Positions 48,330-58,536 of a stretch of DNA of 64,000 bases are shown here, one piece after another. The stretch covers positions 5,478-69,477 of the forward strand of contig CACZMI010000006.1 of the NCBI GenBank assembly GCA_902782245.1, in the 5' to 3' direction. The DNA is from an uncultured Bacteroidales bacterium (GTDB lineage Bacteria > Bacteroidota > Bacteroidia > Bacteroidales > Bacteroidaceae). Position numbers and translations under genes: made by a program. Under the pieces are notes generated by a model. It had not been told where the DNA came from, did no database searches, and saw nothing but the letters and a program-made list of their open reading frames with translations. Position 1 is the first letter of the stretch. Each line of letters starts with the position of its first letter.

Positions 48330-49811
48330 ATGGCAAAAGAACTCAAAGACCTTACCAAAAGAAGCGAGAACTACTCGCAGTGGTATAATGAATTGGTTGT
48401 AAAGGCAGATCTTGCAGAGCAGGCACCCGTGCGCGGCTGCATGGTCATCAAGCCTTACGGTTATGCAATCTGGGAGAAGATACAGCGTACCCTTGACGAC
48501 AAGTTCAAGGAGACCGGTCACGTGAACGCATATTTCCCGCTGCTTATACCAAAGTCATATCTGAGCCGCGAGGCCGAGCACGTTGAGGGCTTTGCCAAGG
48601 AGTGCGCCGTAGTTACACACTACCGCCTCAAGAACGCTGAGGACGGAAGCGGCGTCATTGTGGATCCCGCAGCTAAGCTGGAGGAGGAGCTGATAGTTCG
48701 TCCTACATCCGAGACCATTATCTGGGCTACATATAAGAACTGGATCAAGTCATACCGTGACCTGCCTATACTGTGCAACCAGTGGGCTAACGTAATGCGT
48801 TGGGAGATGCGTCCGCGTCTGTTCCTGCGCACCGCCGAGTTCCTGTGGCAGGAGGGTCACACCGCTCACGCCACCCGTGAGGAGGCCGAGCAGGAGGCAC
48901 GCCGCATGCAGCAGGTATATGCAGACTTTGTAGAGGGTTATATGGCCGTTCCGGTAGTTCGCGGCGTCAAGTCAGAGACCGAGAGGTTTGCCGGTGCCCT
49001 TGATACCTATACCATCGAGTCCATGACTCAGGACGGTAAGGCTCTGCAGTGCGGTACATCACACTTCCTTGGTCAGAACTTTGCCAAGGCCTTTGACGTA
49101 CAGTTCATAAACAAGGAGAACCAGCTGGAGTATGTATGGGCTACATCATGGGGCGTATCAACACGTCTGATGGGTGCTCTCATCATGGCTCACTCCGATG
49201 ACAACGGTCTTGTTCTGCCTCCTAAGTTGGCTCCAATACAGGTTGTAATTGTTCCTATCTATAAGAATGCCGATGACCTGGCACAGATAAGCGCCAAGGT
49301 TGACACTCTGGTAGAGGCTCTCAAGAAGAAGGGAATAAGCGTCAAGTATGACGATGCCGACAACAAGCGTCCCGGATTCAAGTTTGCTGATTATGAGGTC
49401 AAGGGTGTTCCCGTACGCGTAGCACTGGGTATGCGTGACCTTGAGGCCGGTACATGTGAGATCATGCGCCGTGACACTCTGGAGAAGGAGACAGTTCCGT
49501 TTGAGGGTCTGGAGAACCTGATTCCTACGATGCTTGACGATATGCAGACCGCAATCTTTGAGAAGGCCAAGGCATGGCGCGACGCTCGTATGGTTGAGGT
49601 CAACTCATATGACGAGTTCAAGGAGAAGATTGAGGCCGGTTACTTTGTCCTGGCTCACTGGGACGGCACCGCCGAGACCGAGGCTAAGATAAAGGAGGAG
49701 ACCAAGGCTACCATCCGCTGTCTGCCCTTTGGCATGAAGGAGGAGCCGGGTACCGATGTCTACAGCGGTAAGCCCGCAGCACGCCGGGTACTCTTTGCAC
49801 GTTCCTATTAA
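48330..49811 (+). CDS. proS: Proline--tRNA ligase (archaeal/eukaryote-like type)
   Basis: 493 aa. Class II motifs (FRNE-equivalent region [21 protein letters not shown]), an anticodon-binding domain, and the C-terminal zinc-domain-like tail ending in Y. Confidence 0.96.
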   Translation: MAKELKDLTKRSENYSQWYNELVVKADLAEQAPVRGCMVIKPYGYAIWEKIQRTLDDKFKETGHVNAYFPLLIPKSYLSREAEHVEGFAKECAVVTHYRLKNAEDGSGVIVDPAAKLEEELIVRPTSETIIWATYKNWIKSYRDLPILCNQWANVMRWEMRPRLFLRTAEFLWQEGHTAHATREEAEQEARRMQQVYADFVEGYMAVPVVRGVKSETERFAGALDTYTIESMTQDGKALQCGTSHFLGQNFAKAFDVQFINKENQLEYVWATSWGVSTRLMGALIMAHSDDNGLVLPPKLAPIQVVIVPIYKNADDLAQISAKVDTLVEALKKKGISVKYDDADNKRPGFKFADYEVKGVPVRVALGMRDLEAGTCEIMRRDTLEKETVPFEGLENLIPTMLDDMQTAIFEKAKAWRDARMVEVNSYDEFKEKIEAGYFVLAHWDGTAETEAKIKEETKATIRCLPFGMKEEPGTDVYSGKPAARRVLFARSY

Positions 49812-49835
49812 GCCGATAGCTGATAACCAAAGATA

Positions 49836-49870
49836 GGGAAGGGTTCATGAAAATGAGCCCTTTCTTTTTT
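49836..49870. terminator. Hairpin terminator between convergent proS and tamB
   Basis: Stem GAAGGGTTCA / TGAGCCCTTTC (one G-U pair) followed by a T-run. Confidence 0.6.
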
Positions 49871-52800
49871 AGAAGTCTTTTTCGAGAACCAGACCTACGC
49901 CCTGAGTGGTAAGCGTGGTCTTTGAGAAGTATTTGTCATTGGCTTTGTTATAGCCTTTGATGCTTATTCCTTTGCCTCGTTTGTCGGGGATGAGCAGATA
50001 CTTGAACTCAAAGTCACCGATAAAGTTCGAGGTGTTGTTGATGGTGTTCTCCCTGTAACCGAAGTTGCCGTTTATAAGCAGACGGTTGTTTAGCAGGTGG
50101 GCTTCCAGTATGCCCTGGAGTTCCTTGTTGCTCAGGTTGGTGGCATCGTTGGTGAGATAACTGCTGGCGCTCACGTTGCTTGACAGGGATATCTTTTCAT
50201 TATCCATTACCTGTGAGAGCAGATTGTTTATCTGGCCGCTCACGGTTGAATTCACTATAGATTCCATTGTACTTGGAGTGAGACCGTTATTCATTGCTGC
50301 CATATCGGGCGTGTAGAAACGTCCTAATGCCAGCAGGTACATGAACTGGTTGTTGCGCTGTTCCTCAGTGGTGGTTGCACTGGCAAGAACCGCTTTCTCC
50401 TCGGGTGTTCCGCTTGGTATGTCTATATCAAACGATACGCGCGGATCAGTTACGTTGCCGGTTATTCCCATCAGACAGCGTACATGAACCTTGTCGTTAG
50501 ACGATGCGCTGGGGTCCAGGTCATATATTGATGCGGAATTCACATTATGGTATGTCTGCAGATTTATCTCCGTATCTCTGGGCGCACCGTTGAATCTTAC
50601 AAAACTACCCTCCATCAGGTTGAAATTTTTGCGAATTATATCCTCTATCGATAGGGCACACTGACCGTAACTCAGGTTGTAGATGCCGTTCAGTGAGATT
50701 CCGTCCTTGGGCGTGAAGACCATGGATACGTTGCCGTTTCCGCGGAAGAATCCGTTGAGTGAGGGCATAGCCATCTCTATAAGGGCATCCTCACTACACT
50801 CCACTTTAAGATCCAGACGGAAGGGCTTGTTTTTCTTTGTCTTGTCCGGAATGATTTTCTTTACGGTCTCCTCATCAATACTGACGGTTCCGCGATCCAC
50901 TATCGTTAGGAAATTATAATCGGCCACAGAACCGGAGGAGGGACTGTAACCGAGCCTTGTTCCCGGTGCAGTACGGGCATCGACGGAAATGGCCAGTCCG
51001 TTCCTTTCATTGAACTTCAATGACATGGAACCCTCGGCGTAGACGGAGGCGAATATGTCACTCTTCTCATTCCTGAGTTGGTTAAAGACAAGCATATCGG
51101 CTACATCGGCCGTCATGTCAACTCTCCAATGGGCAAACTTGTCATGGGAGAGAATGCAGGTCATCAGGCCGTCATGTCCCTTTTCATCGTAGAATTCCAC
51201 ATCCTTGAAGAGCATTTTGCCCGGCTCGAACCAAAGCGTGTCGCGCCTGATAACGAATGTGGTGTGGACTACATCCTGGACAAAATAGCCGTCTTCAAGT
51301 ATGGCCTCACCCTCCATGTCCAGACGGGGTATCTCACCGAACAGACGCAAATGACCTACGGCACGTCCTCCCATATCCCTGAATACGGATTTTGTCCAAT
51401 GGCTGATGAAATGCAGGTCGGTATGATCGGCATCCAGCGATACGTCTATGTATTTGGTCTTGGGAATGAAATAACCGTTGAATCCTGTGGCTGCCACACC
51501 TTCATCGGTCATGGAACCCTGTAATTCAACCTGCCTGGTTTCACGGTTCCATCGGCAGTCAGCTTCCAGAAGGCCATGATGCGAATCCATGAACTCAAAA
51601 CCGTCAACCTTGAACGAGCCGGAGAAGGCGGGGTTGGCCAGTACTCCTGCCACGAAAACCTGTCCGGATGCCACACCTTGTATCTGCGCGTTGTTGGGAA
51701 TGCGCATTGTGGCCAGTGTCTGTCCCAAATCAATGTTTCTCATGGACAACATTATAAGGTCGCTGGTATCGGCCGATACTGTTCCGTTGGCGTATATGAA
51801 CTGATCGTTGTTGCTGGCATTGAGGTCATTGATGGTGACCTTGTGCATATCGGTCAGTATTTGGGCAATTGACATATCCCAGATGGTGCCGTTGACGGTT
51901 ATGCTTGTGGTGTCGACTACTGAGACGGATTGAAGTCCGTGCCGCCTGTCATACTTGATGAATTGGGTCTGGGTCTGAGCCGTTCCCCTCATGGAACGGG
52001 CTCTGTTATCCCATGAATAGTCTCCGCGCACAAAGTCGGAAGATGCTTCGAGAGATGCGTCAATACCCGTCATGTCACCCTTGGCATCTCCATATGCCCC
52101 CGAAATATCCATTTTGCAAACGCCACCCGATGACCGGAGGTCTATCCTGGCATCGGTTATGCTGTTTTCGTTGAGTGAGATATTAGGAACTGAAACCGAG
52201 CCGGAGTATATTTTCCTGTCGTCCATGAATGTCATCTGCAGATGGGCCGGCTGGTTGACTGAAACAGGGGAGTGGAAGACTTTCTGAAGGAAGTCTGTGT
52301 TCTGCAGATTCACATTGACGGTAAAATTATTGTAATTTTTTGAGTATGAACCGGTCTTGAGCTTGCTTGCCACGAGCTTGCCTATTGTGGGAAGTGCGTC
52401 GCTTGTGGCTTTCGCTATCGAGGCGGGCAGTTTTGAGGTGCGGTAGTTGCCTATCATTGTGGCAGTCATGAAGTCACTGTTTATGGTCGTGGCCCTTATG
52501 AATTCGTTGTATTGGCCTGTTGCTACAGTGAGGTTGTTCATGGACCAGTTGCCGGACCTGTCGGCATAATAGAGACTGTCTACCGATATTTTCCCGATAA
52601 TGTCATCGATGTTGTTTCCTATCAGGGTGGCTGTCAGCCTGGTTGTCAGCGACATGCTGTCTCTGTCTACCAGATGATAGGCCGACAGATTGAGTGAATC
52701 GGCAGTAGCATTCACCGCGTAATACGGGATGTTTCCGGTTCCTATTCCGGCGGTGAGATTAAGGGCGCCGTTCCTGTCGGCAAAATTCAGGTCGGTTATT

Positions 52801-54227
52801 ATAAGGTCAGGAGAGAATGAACCGTTCACGTCAATGCCACGGTAATTGTACCTCTTGTATCTGAGACTGCCTATCCGTCCGTTGAAATTGCCCGAATAGC
52901 CATCTTCCTGCCTGGTAATCTCTGTGCGTGCGGTTAGTGAGCAGTTGCCCAGGTCCTTGTTACCGGTTATGACACGCAGGTTTACATCGGATGCAGTGAG
53001 AGTTCCGTCATAAGAATCATTCGTGCCGCCGATGTTGCAGGTTATATTGCCTGCCTGGCTGAGAATCTCCAATGATGCACTGGAACTCCCGCTGCGGTTT
53101 TCATACCCGGCCTTGAAAGAGCCATCCCCAAGTGAATATAACTGATCAGGTATGGTAAGTCCGAACCCCTGGAACTGGTCTGTGATCCAATTGGGCAATT
53201 CATCCGAGAATGCGCCGTGGGCATCGGCATATCGGCATCCGGTTATCCTGAATGCTGTATCCAGCATGACAGTACCGCTCATTCCAAATTCAAACACACT
53301 GTCCGGAACCTGTATGTACAATGCTTTCAGATTCAGGTCACCGTTGCGTCCGTTACTCTTTACCGAAAGGTCTATAGGGGTTGTCAGGTAGGCTAATTGC
53401 GGATAAAAGGCCATGTAATCACTGCCTGTCAGAGTGGCTTTTATGTCGATATCCAGATCCGGAAGACCGTTTATCCTGGTTGCAAATCCGGCATTGGCGC
53501 TCAGACGTTTTGCCTGGAGTTCACTGGACGGCGTGGAGAATATGAATCCGGACAGGTCTGTGCCGTATCTGCCTATGTTTACCGTTCCTTTTGCTCTGCT
53601 GAGTACAAACCCGGATTGCTCTGAGAATGTGAATTTCCTGATAATGACCGATACTGAATCCTGATTCAGTTCTTTCAGCGAAAGGTTGGCCGTAAGACCG
53701 TTCACTCCGATATGGTTGGGGTTGAACAGGCTGTCAGTCCATTCTGCGCTGCGCAGGTCATATCGTATGGAACCGTTCCTGATGAGAACTGAATTTGCCC
53801 TGAAAGACATGGGCTCATCGCCGGATCCGAACAGACTGGTCAGGAAAGCGTAGTTGGGTTCTGACTCAGGGTCCTCGCGGTTCAGCCTGATGGTAGGACT
53901 GTTTACCCTGACACTGGTTATGCTCAGCTTCTTCTTGAGAAGTTTGCCCGGTTTGAGCCTCAGAGAGATAGATGCGGCGTGGGCAAGAGTATCGTGCTGA
54001 AGGTCATAGATTGTCAGGTTGTCTATCGTAATGCCGAACGGGTAGGTGAACTGGACTCTTCCGGCGTCAACATCTGTTCCCAATGCGGAGGATGCTATGC
54101 TTACTATATGCACGGCGGCTTCCTGCTGGATATTTCTGTTATTCAGCAAGATATGCCCTGTGGGATACACAACCAGCAGAACAATCAGGATGATATGGAA
54201 GACCTTGCCTGCTTTCACAATATGCAA
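49869..54227 (-). CDS. tamB: Translocation and assembly module protein TamB (DUF490)
   Basis: 1452 aa. N-terminal TM anchor, long beta-rich repetitive body, and a C-terminal DUF490-like region ending in an amphipathic beta segment. Confidence 0.88.
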   Translation of the reverse strand: MHIVKAGKVFHIILIVLLVVYPTGHILLNNRNIQQEAAVHIVSIASSALGTDVDAGRVQFTYPFGITIDNLTIYDLQHDTLAHAASISLRLKPGKLLKKKLSITSVRVNSPTIRLNREDPESEPNYAFLTSLFGSGDEPMSFRANSVLIRNGSIRYDLRSAEWTDSLFNPNHIGVNGLTANLSLKELNQDSVSVIIRKFTFSEQSGFVLSRAKGTVNIGRYGTDLSGFIFSTPSSELQAKRLSANAGFATRINGLPDLDIDIKATLTGSDYMAFYPQLAYLTTPIDLSVKSNGRNGDLNLKALYIQVPDSVFEFGMSGTVMLDTAFRITGCRYADAHGAFSDELPNWITDQFQGFGLTIPDQLYSLGDGSFKAGYENRSGSSSASLEILSQAGNITCNIGGTNDSYDGTLTASDVNLRVITGNKDLGNCSLTARTEITRQEDGYSGNFNGRIGSLRYKRYNYRGIDVNGSFSPDLIITDLNFADRNGALNLTAGIGTGNIPYYAVNATADSLNLSAYHLVDRDSMSLTTRLTATLIGNNIDDIIGKISVDSLYYADRSGNWSMNNLTVATGQYNEFIRATTINSDFMTATMIGNYRTSKLPASIAKATSDALPTIGKLVASKLKTGSYSKNYNNFTVNVNLQNTDFLQKVFHSPVSVNQPAHLQMTFMDDRKIYSGSVSVPNISLNENSITDARIDLRSSGGVCKMDISGAYGDAKGDMTGIDASLEASSDFVRGDYSWDNRARSMRGTAQTQTQFIKYDRRHGLQSVSVVDTTSITVNGTIWDMSIAQILTDMHKVTINDLNASNNDQFIYANGTVSADTSDLIMLSMRNIDLGQTLATMRIPNNAQIQGVASGQVFVAGVLANPAFSGSFKVDGFEFMDSHHGLLEADCRWNRETRQVELQGSMTDEGVAATGFNGYFIPKTKYIDVSLDADHTDLHFISHWTKSVFRDMGGRAVGHLRLFGEIPRLDMEGEAILEDGYFVQDVVHTTFVIRRDTLWFEPGKMLFKDVEFYDEKGHDGLMTCILSHDKFAHWRVDMTADVADMLVFNQLRNEKSDIFASVYAEGSMSLKFNERNGLAISVDARTAPGTRLGYSPSSGSVADYNFLTIVDRGTVSIDEETVKKIIPDKTKKNKPFRLDLKVECSEDALIEMAMPSLNGFFRGNGNVSMVFTPKDGISLNGIYNLSYGQCALSIEDIIRKNFNLMEGSFVRFNGAPRDTEINLQTYHNVNSASIYDLDPSASSNDKVHVRCLMGITGNVTDPRVSFDIDIPSGTPEEKAVLASATTTEEQRNNQFMYLLALGRFYTPDMAAMNNGLTPSTMESIVNSTVSGQINNLLSQVMDNEKISLSSNVSASSYLTNDATNLSNKELQGILEAHLLNNRLLINGNFGYRENTINNTSNFIGDFEFKYLLIPDKRGKGISIKGYNKANDKYFSKTTLTTQGVGLVLEKDF

Positions 54228-54414
54228 ATGTAACTAACTATTAGCAGAAAAGAAGCACTTGAATCTATAGAAATTATTAAAAAAAAGGCCCAAAAGATAT
54301 CCAAAAGAGGTGTAATCCCGTCAATTTGCCGATGAAATGGGCTTTTTGTGTAAGTGTTGATAATTGGCTCTTCTTTTTTGGTTTTATTAAGTCTGTAGTT
54401 ATCTCTTTTATTAG

Positions 54415-54422
54415 TAATTTTG
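54415..54422 (+). promoter_or_regulatory. -7 box TAATTTTG for the nqr operon
   Basis: TAATTTTGCGCC about 50 nt upstream of the nqrA ATG. Confidence 0.45.
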
Positions 54423-54471
54423 CGCCCGAATTTTTGAATAATATTAAACTATATATTCAACTAACAACAAA

Positions 54472-55821
54472 ATGGCAGAAATCATTCGTTTACGAAAAGG
54501 TCTGGACATCAAGTTGCTGGGCGCTCCCGTAAAGGAGTTGACAGAGGTTGGTCTTGCGGAGTCATACGCGTTATGCCCCGATGACTTTACCGGAGTCACT
54601 CCCAAGCCGGTCGTCAAGGAACAGCAGACCGTCAAGGCCGGTGAGGCTCTGTTCATTGACAAGAACCACCCTGAGGTGAAATTCGTTTCGCCTGTAAGCG
54701 GTGAGGTGATTGCAGTGAACCGTGGCGCACGCCGCAAGGTCATGAGTATCGTGGTCAAGCCCGATGCCAAGCAGACCTATGTAGAGTTCGGCACCAAGAG
54801 CGTACAGTCGCTCTCAGGTGATGAGGTAAAGGCCACTCTCCTGGAGTCAGGTCTTTTTTCATTCTTCCGTCAGCGTCCATACGACGTGATCGCTAACCCC
54901 GCCGATGCTCCCCGCGGCATATTCGTGTCGGCATTTGATTCCAAACCGCTTGCTCCTGATTTTGAGTTCGTTCTCCAGGGCAACGAGGTGGACTTCCGCA
55001 CAGGTCTGAGCGCAATCGCCAAGATCGCTCCCACAACACTGAGCATCAGCGCAAGCCAGACAGCCGAGACCCTTACCGATGCCAAGAACGTTGACCTGTA
55101 TGCATTCAAGGGTGCTCATCCGGCAGGTAACGTAGGTGTACAGATCAACCATATCAAGCCCGTCAACAAGGGTGAGGTGGTTTGGACAATTGATCCCGAG
55201 GCAGTCATCTTCATAGGCCGTCTGTTCAACAAGGGCGTTGTGGATATGACACGCGTCATTGCAGTGGCAGGCGAGGAGATAGTCAATCCCCAGTACCTCA
55301 AGGTCATTGCAGGTGCAAAGATCTCATCAATCGTTGACGGCCGTCTGAACAAGACCGAGCACATCCGCATAATCAACGGTAACGTACTGACCGGTGTAAA
55401 GTGCACCAAGGATGATTACCTGGGCGCATTCGCCAACATGGTAACCGTTATCCCCGAGGGTGACGACGTAAACGAGTTCATGGGCTGGATAGCTCCGCGT
55501 TTCAAGCAGTACAGCGTAAGCCGCACATTCTTCAGCTGGCTTGCATGCAAGAAACAGTTCAGCATTGATGCACGCATCAAGGGCGGCGAGCGCCACATGA
55601 TCATGTCAAACGAGTACGATAAGGTGTTCCCCATGGATATCTATCCCGAGTACCTTATCAAGGCTATAATAACAGGCAATATCGACAAGATGGAGGCTTA
55701 CGGTATCTACGAGGTGGCCCCCGAGGATTTTGCACTGTGCGAGTTTGTAGATTCATCTAAACTTGAGCTTCAGCGTATAGTACGTGAGGGCTTGAATAAC
55801 CTGCGTGCCGAAATGGCCTAA
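54472..55821 (+). CDS. nqrA: Na+-translocating NADH:quinone reductase subunit A
   Basis: 449 aa starting with an I.LRKGLDIKL.G-type N-terminus. It is the first gene of a canonical nqrA-F cluster. Confidence 0.95.
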   Translation: MAEIIRLRKGLDIKLLGAPVKELTEVGLAESYALCPDDFTGVTPKPVVKEQQTVKAGEALFIDKNHPEVKFVSPVSGEVIAVNRGARRKVMSIVVKPDAKQTYVEFGTKSVQSLSGDEVKATLLESGLFSFFRQRPYDVIANPADAPRGIFVSAFDSKPLAPDFEFVLQGNEVDFRTGLSAIAKIAPTTLSISASQTAETLTDAKNVDLYAFKGAHPAGNVGVQINHIKPVNKGEVVWTIDPEAVIFIGRLFNKGVVDMTRVIAVAGEEIVNPQYLKVIAGAKISSIVDGRLNKTEHIRIINGNVLTGVKCTKDDYLGAFANMVTVIPEGDDVNEFMGWIAPRFKQYSVSRTFFSWLACKKQFSIDARIKGGERHMIMSNEYDKVFPMDIYPEYLIKAIITGNIDKMEAYGIYEVAPEDFALCEFVDSSKLELQRIVREGLNNLRAEMA

Positions 55822-55835
55822 ACCCCAAGGAAGTC

Positions 55836-56999
55836 ATGAGTTTAAGAAATTACATAGACAAGATCAAACCGAATTTTGAGGAGGGTGGCAAACTGCACGC
55901 TTTCCGCTCGGTTTTTGAAGGTTTTGAGACCTTTCTTTATGTTCCCAACGACACTGCAAAGAACGGTGTGAACATCCACGATTCATTCGACAGCAAGCGA
56001 ATGATGATCATGGTTGTGATTGCCCTGGTTCCCGCACTGCTGTTTGGTATGTACAATGTAGGCTATCAGCATTTTGCTTTGGCCGGTCTGCTCCAGCAGG
56101 CTACATTCTGGAATAAGTTCTGGTTCGGCTTCCTGGCCGTTCTGCCCAGACTGATCGTTTCATACGTAGTAGGTCTTACAATAGAGTTCAGCGTGGCTCA
56201 GTGGAAACACGAGGAAATTCAGGAGGGTTACCTGGTATCAGGTTTCATCATTCCTCTGATTATCCCCGCAACCACACCTCTGTGGATTCTTGCCGTAGCC
56301 GTTGCCTTCTCGGTAATCTTTGCCAAGGAGATATTCGGCGGTACAGGTATGAACTTCCTGAACGTTGCCCTGATTACCCGTGCATTCATATTCTTTGCAT
56401 ATCCTTCAGTAATCACCGGTGAGACCGTTTGGGTGGTTGACCACGCAATCTGCGGTCTGGGTGCCGATATTGATGGTATGACAGCTGCTACCGCTCTGGG
56501 TACAGCCGCTACAACCGCTGCCGCTCCCGCATTCGATATGAATATGGTATGGGGCTTCATCCCCGGTTCAGTAGGTGAGACCAGCGTGATTGCCATCGCT
56601 CTTGGTGCTCTGCTGCTTCTCTATACCGGAATCGCAAGCTGGAAGACAATGCTTTCAGTATTTGCAGGCGGTATCCTGATGGCTCTGGTTTACAACCAGT
56701 GGGGTCCCGACAACGCAATGGCTCAGATGCCCTGGTACGAGCATATCTGCCTGGGCGGTTTCTGCTTCGGTGCCGTATTCATGGCAACTGATCCGGTTAC
56801 ATCGGCCCGTACAGAGGTTGGTAAGTGGATTTACGGTTTCCTGATCGGTATTATGGCCATCACAATCCGCGTCATGAACCCCGGTTACCCCGAGGGTATG
56901 ATGCTGGCCATCCTGCTCATGAACTGCTTCGCTCCGCTCATTGACTACTGTGTAGTACAGCGTAACGTGAACAAACGTCTTAACAGAATAAACAAATAA
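55836..56999 (+). CDS. nqrB: NQR subunit B
   Basis: 387 aa, polytopic, with a periplasmic loop DGMTAATALG at the FMN-attachment position. Confidence 0.95.
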   Translation: MSLRNYIDKIKPNFEEGGKLHAFRSVFEGFETFLYVPNDTAKNGVNIHDSFDSKRMMIMVVIALVPALLFGMYNVGYQHFALAGLLQQATFWNKFWFGFLAVLPRLIVSYVVGLTIEFSVAQWKHEEIQEGYLVSGFIIPLIIPATTPLWILAVAVAFSVIFAKEIFGGTGMNFLNVALITRAFIFFAYPSVITGETVWVVDHAICGLGADIDGMTAATALGTAATTAAAPAFDMNMVWGFIPGSVGETSVIAIALGALLLLYTGIASWKTMLSVFAGGILMALVYNQWGPDNAMAQMPWYEHICLGGFCFGAVFMATDPVTSARTEVGKWIYGFLIGIMAITIRVMNPGYPEGMMLAILLMNCFAPLIDYCVVQRNVNKRLNRINK

Positions 57000-57004
57000 G
57001 GATT

Positions 57005-57889
57005 ATGGCTACGAAAAAATTCAAATGTAAGGTTTGTGGCTATGTCCACGAAGGAGATAAGGCTCCTGAGCAGTGCCCCATGTGTCAGGCACCTCAGAGT
57101 GAGTTTGAAGAGATTGTAGAGGAGGGTGCTGCTCCTGCCAAGAAGGGTCTCAATACCAACAGCAACGTTTATACCATCGTTTATGCAGCTGTAATGGTTG
57201 TTATCGTGGCATTCCTGCTGGTGTTCGTATCACAGACTCTCAAGGAGCGTCAGACCGCCAACGTAATCAACGATACAAAGCAGCAGATCCTCTCTGCCCT
57301 GAATATGCGTGACCTGCCCGATGTTGCCGGCACATATGCAGAGGTTATCAAGAACGATGCCCTGATGCAGCCCAACGGCAAGCTGGCTGAGTATGAGGGT
57401 GATTTCAATACCTCTTATAAGAGTGAGTTCGACAAGGGTAACCTCCACATCTTTGTGGCCGAGGTTAACGGCGAGCGCAAGTTTGTCATTCCTATGAACG
57501 GACTTGGTCTGTGGGGTACCATCTGGGGTTATATTGCCCTGAATGAGGACCGCAACACAGTCTATGGCGTTTATTTCTCACACTCATCCGAGACTCCCGG
57601 ATTGGGCGGTGAAATAGCCGGAACCAAATTCCAGGACCGTTTCCCCGGCAAGCTGGTGGTTAACGGTGATGAGGTTGGCCTCAAGGTGGTCAAGTACGGC
57701 AAGGCCGACAAGGGCTCACAGTTTGAGGTTGACGGTGTGACAGGTGCTACCATCACATCGACCGGTGTGAATACAATGATTAATAAGGTGCTGTCAGCAT
57801 ACATCCCGTTCCTGACCAAGCAGTGCTGCAAGGAAGGCGGCTGCGAGGAGGGTGCCGATGAGTGCTGCGATGAAAACTCTAACGACTGA
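57005..57889 (+). CDS. nqrC: NQR subunit C with an N-terminal rubredoxin-like zinc-ribbon fusion and a C-terminal Cys-rich tail
   Basis: 294 aa. Residues 1-37 carry CKVCGYVHEG...CPMC. The canonical NqrC follows: TM helix VYTIVYAAVMVVIVAFLLVFV and FMN-binding GVTGATITS. The protein ends in QCCKEGGCEEGADECCDENSND. Confidence 0.92.
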   Translation: MATKKFKCKVCGYVHEGDKAPEQCPMCQAPQSEFEEIVEEGAAPAKKGLNTNSNVYTIVYAAVMVVIVAFLLVFVSQTLKERQTANVINDTKQQILSALNMRDLPDVAGTYAEVIKNDALMQPNGKLAEYEGDFNTSYKSEFDKGNLHIFVAEVNGERKFVIPMNGLGLWGTIWGYIALNEDRNTVYGVYFSHSSETPGLGGEIAGTKFQDRFPGKLVVNGDEVGLKVVKYGKADKGSQFEVDGVTGATITSTGVNTMINKVLSAYIPFLTKQCCKEGGCEEGADECCDENSND

Positions 57890-57896
57890 TAGGATT

Positions 57897-58517
57897 ATGG
57901 CAAACAAGAACAGTGAGGCTTTCAAACAGCCGTTGTGGGTCAACAACCCTGTATTGGTTCAGATTCTGGGTATATGTTCGGCTCTGGCCGTAACGGCTCA
58001 GCTCAAACCTGCCATCGTGATGGGCCTTTCAGTGACCGTCATCGTGGCTATGTCAAACGTGATCATTTCACTCCTGCGCAATACTATTCCTAACCGTATC
58101 CGTATCATCATCCAGCTGGTGGTGGTAGCTGCTCTGGTTACTATAGTAAGCGAGATTCTCAAGGCCTTTGCATACGATGTTAGCGTTCAGCTCTCAGTAT
58201 ATGTAGGTCTTATCATTACCAACTGTATCCTTATGGGTCGTCTGGAGGCATTTGCCATGCAGAACGGTCCCTGGGCATCGTTCCTGGACGGTATAGGTAA
58301 CGGTCTGGGTTATGCTGCCATCCTGGTAGTGGTTGCTTTTGTACGTGAACTCTTCGGTAGCGGAACATTGTTCGGTTTCCAGGTTATACCGCAGGCCTGC
58401 TATGAGGCCGGTTACCTAAACAACGGTCTTATGATCATGCCGCCTATGGCTCTTATATTGGCCGGCTGCATCATATGGTACCATCGCGCCAAGAACAAGG
58501 ATTTACAGGAAAACTAA
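57897..58517 (+). CDS. nqrD: NQR subunit D
   Basis: Start at MANKNSEAF (ATG at 57897). NPVLVQILGICSALAVT is typical of NqrD/RnfE. Confidence 0.95.
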   Translation: MANKNSEAFKQPLWVNNPVLVQILGICSALAVTAQLKPAIVMGLSVTVIVAMSNVIISLLRNTIPNRIRIIIQLVVVAALVTIVSEILKAFAYDVSVQLSVYVGLIITNCILMGRLEAFAMQNGPWASFLDGIGNGLGYAAILVVVAFVRELFGSGTLFGFQVIPQACYEAGYLNNGLMIMPPMALILAGCIIWYHRAKNKDLQEN

Positions 58518-58536
58518 TCTCAAAGCGTAAAGAACT

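Noticed and set aside
54280-54350. Imperfect long-range complementarity (AAAAAGGCCCA ... TGGGCTTTTT) upstream of nqrA.
   Set aside because: The stem has a mismatch and the loop is about 45 nt. There is no upstream same-strand gene to terminate. It is likely a chance A/T-rich flank.
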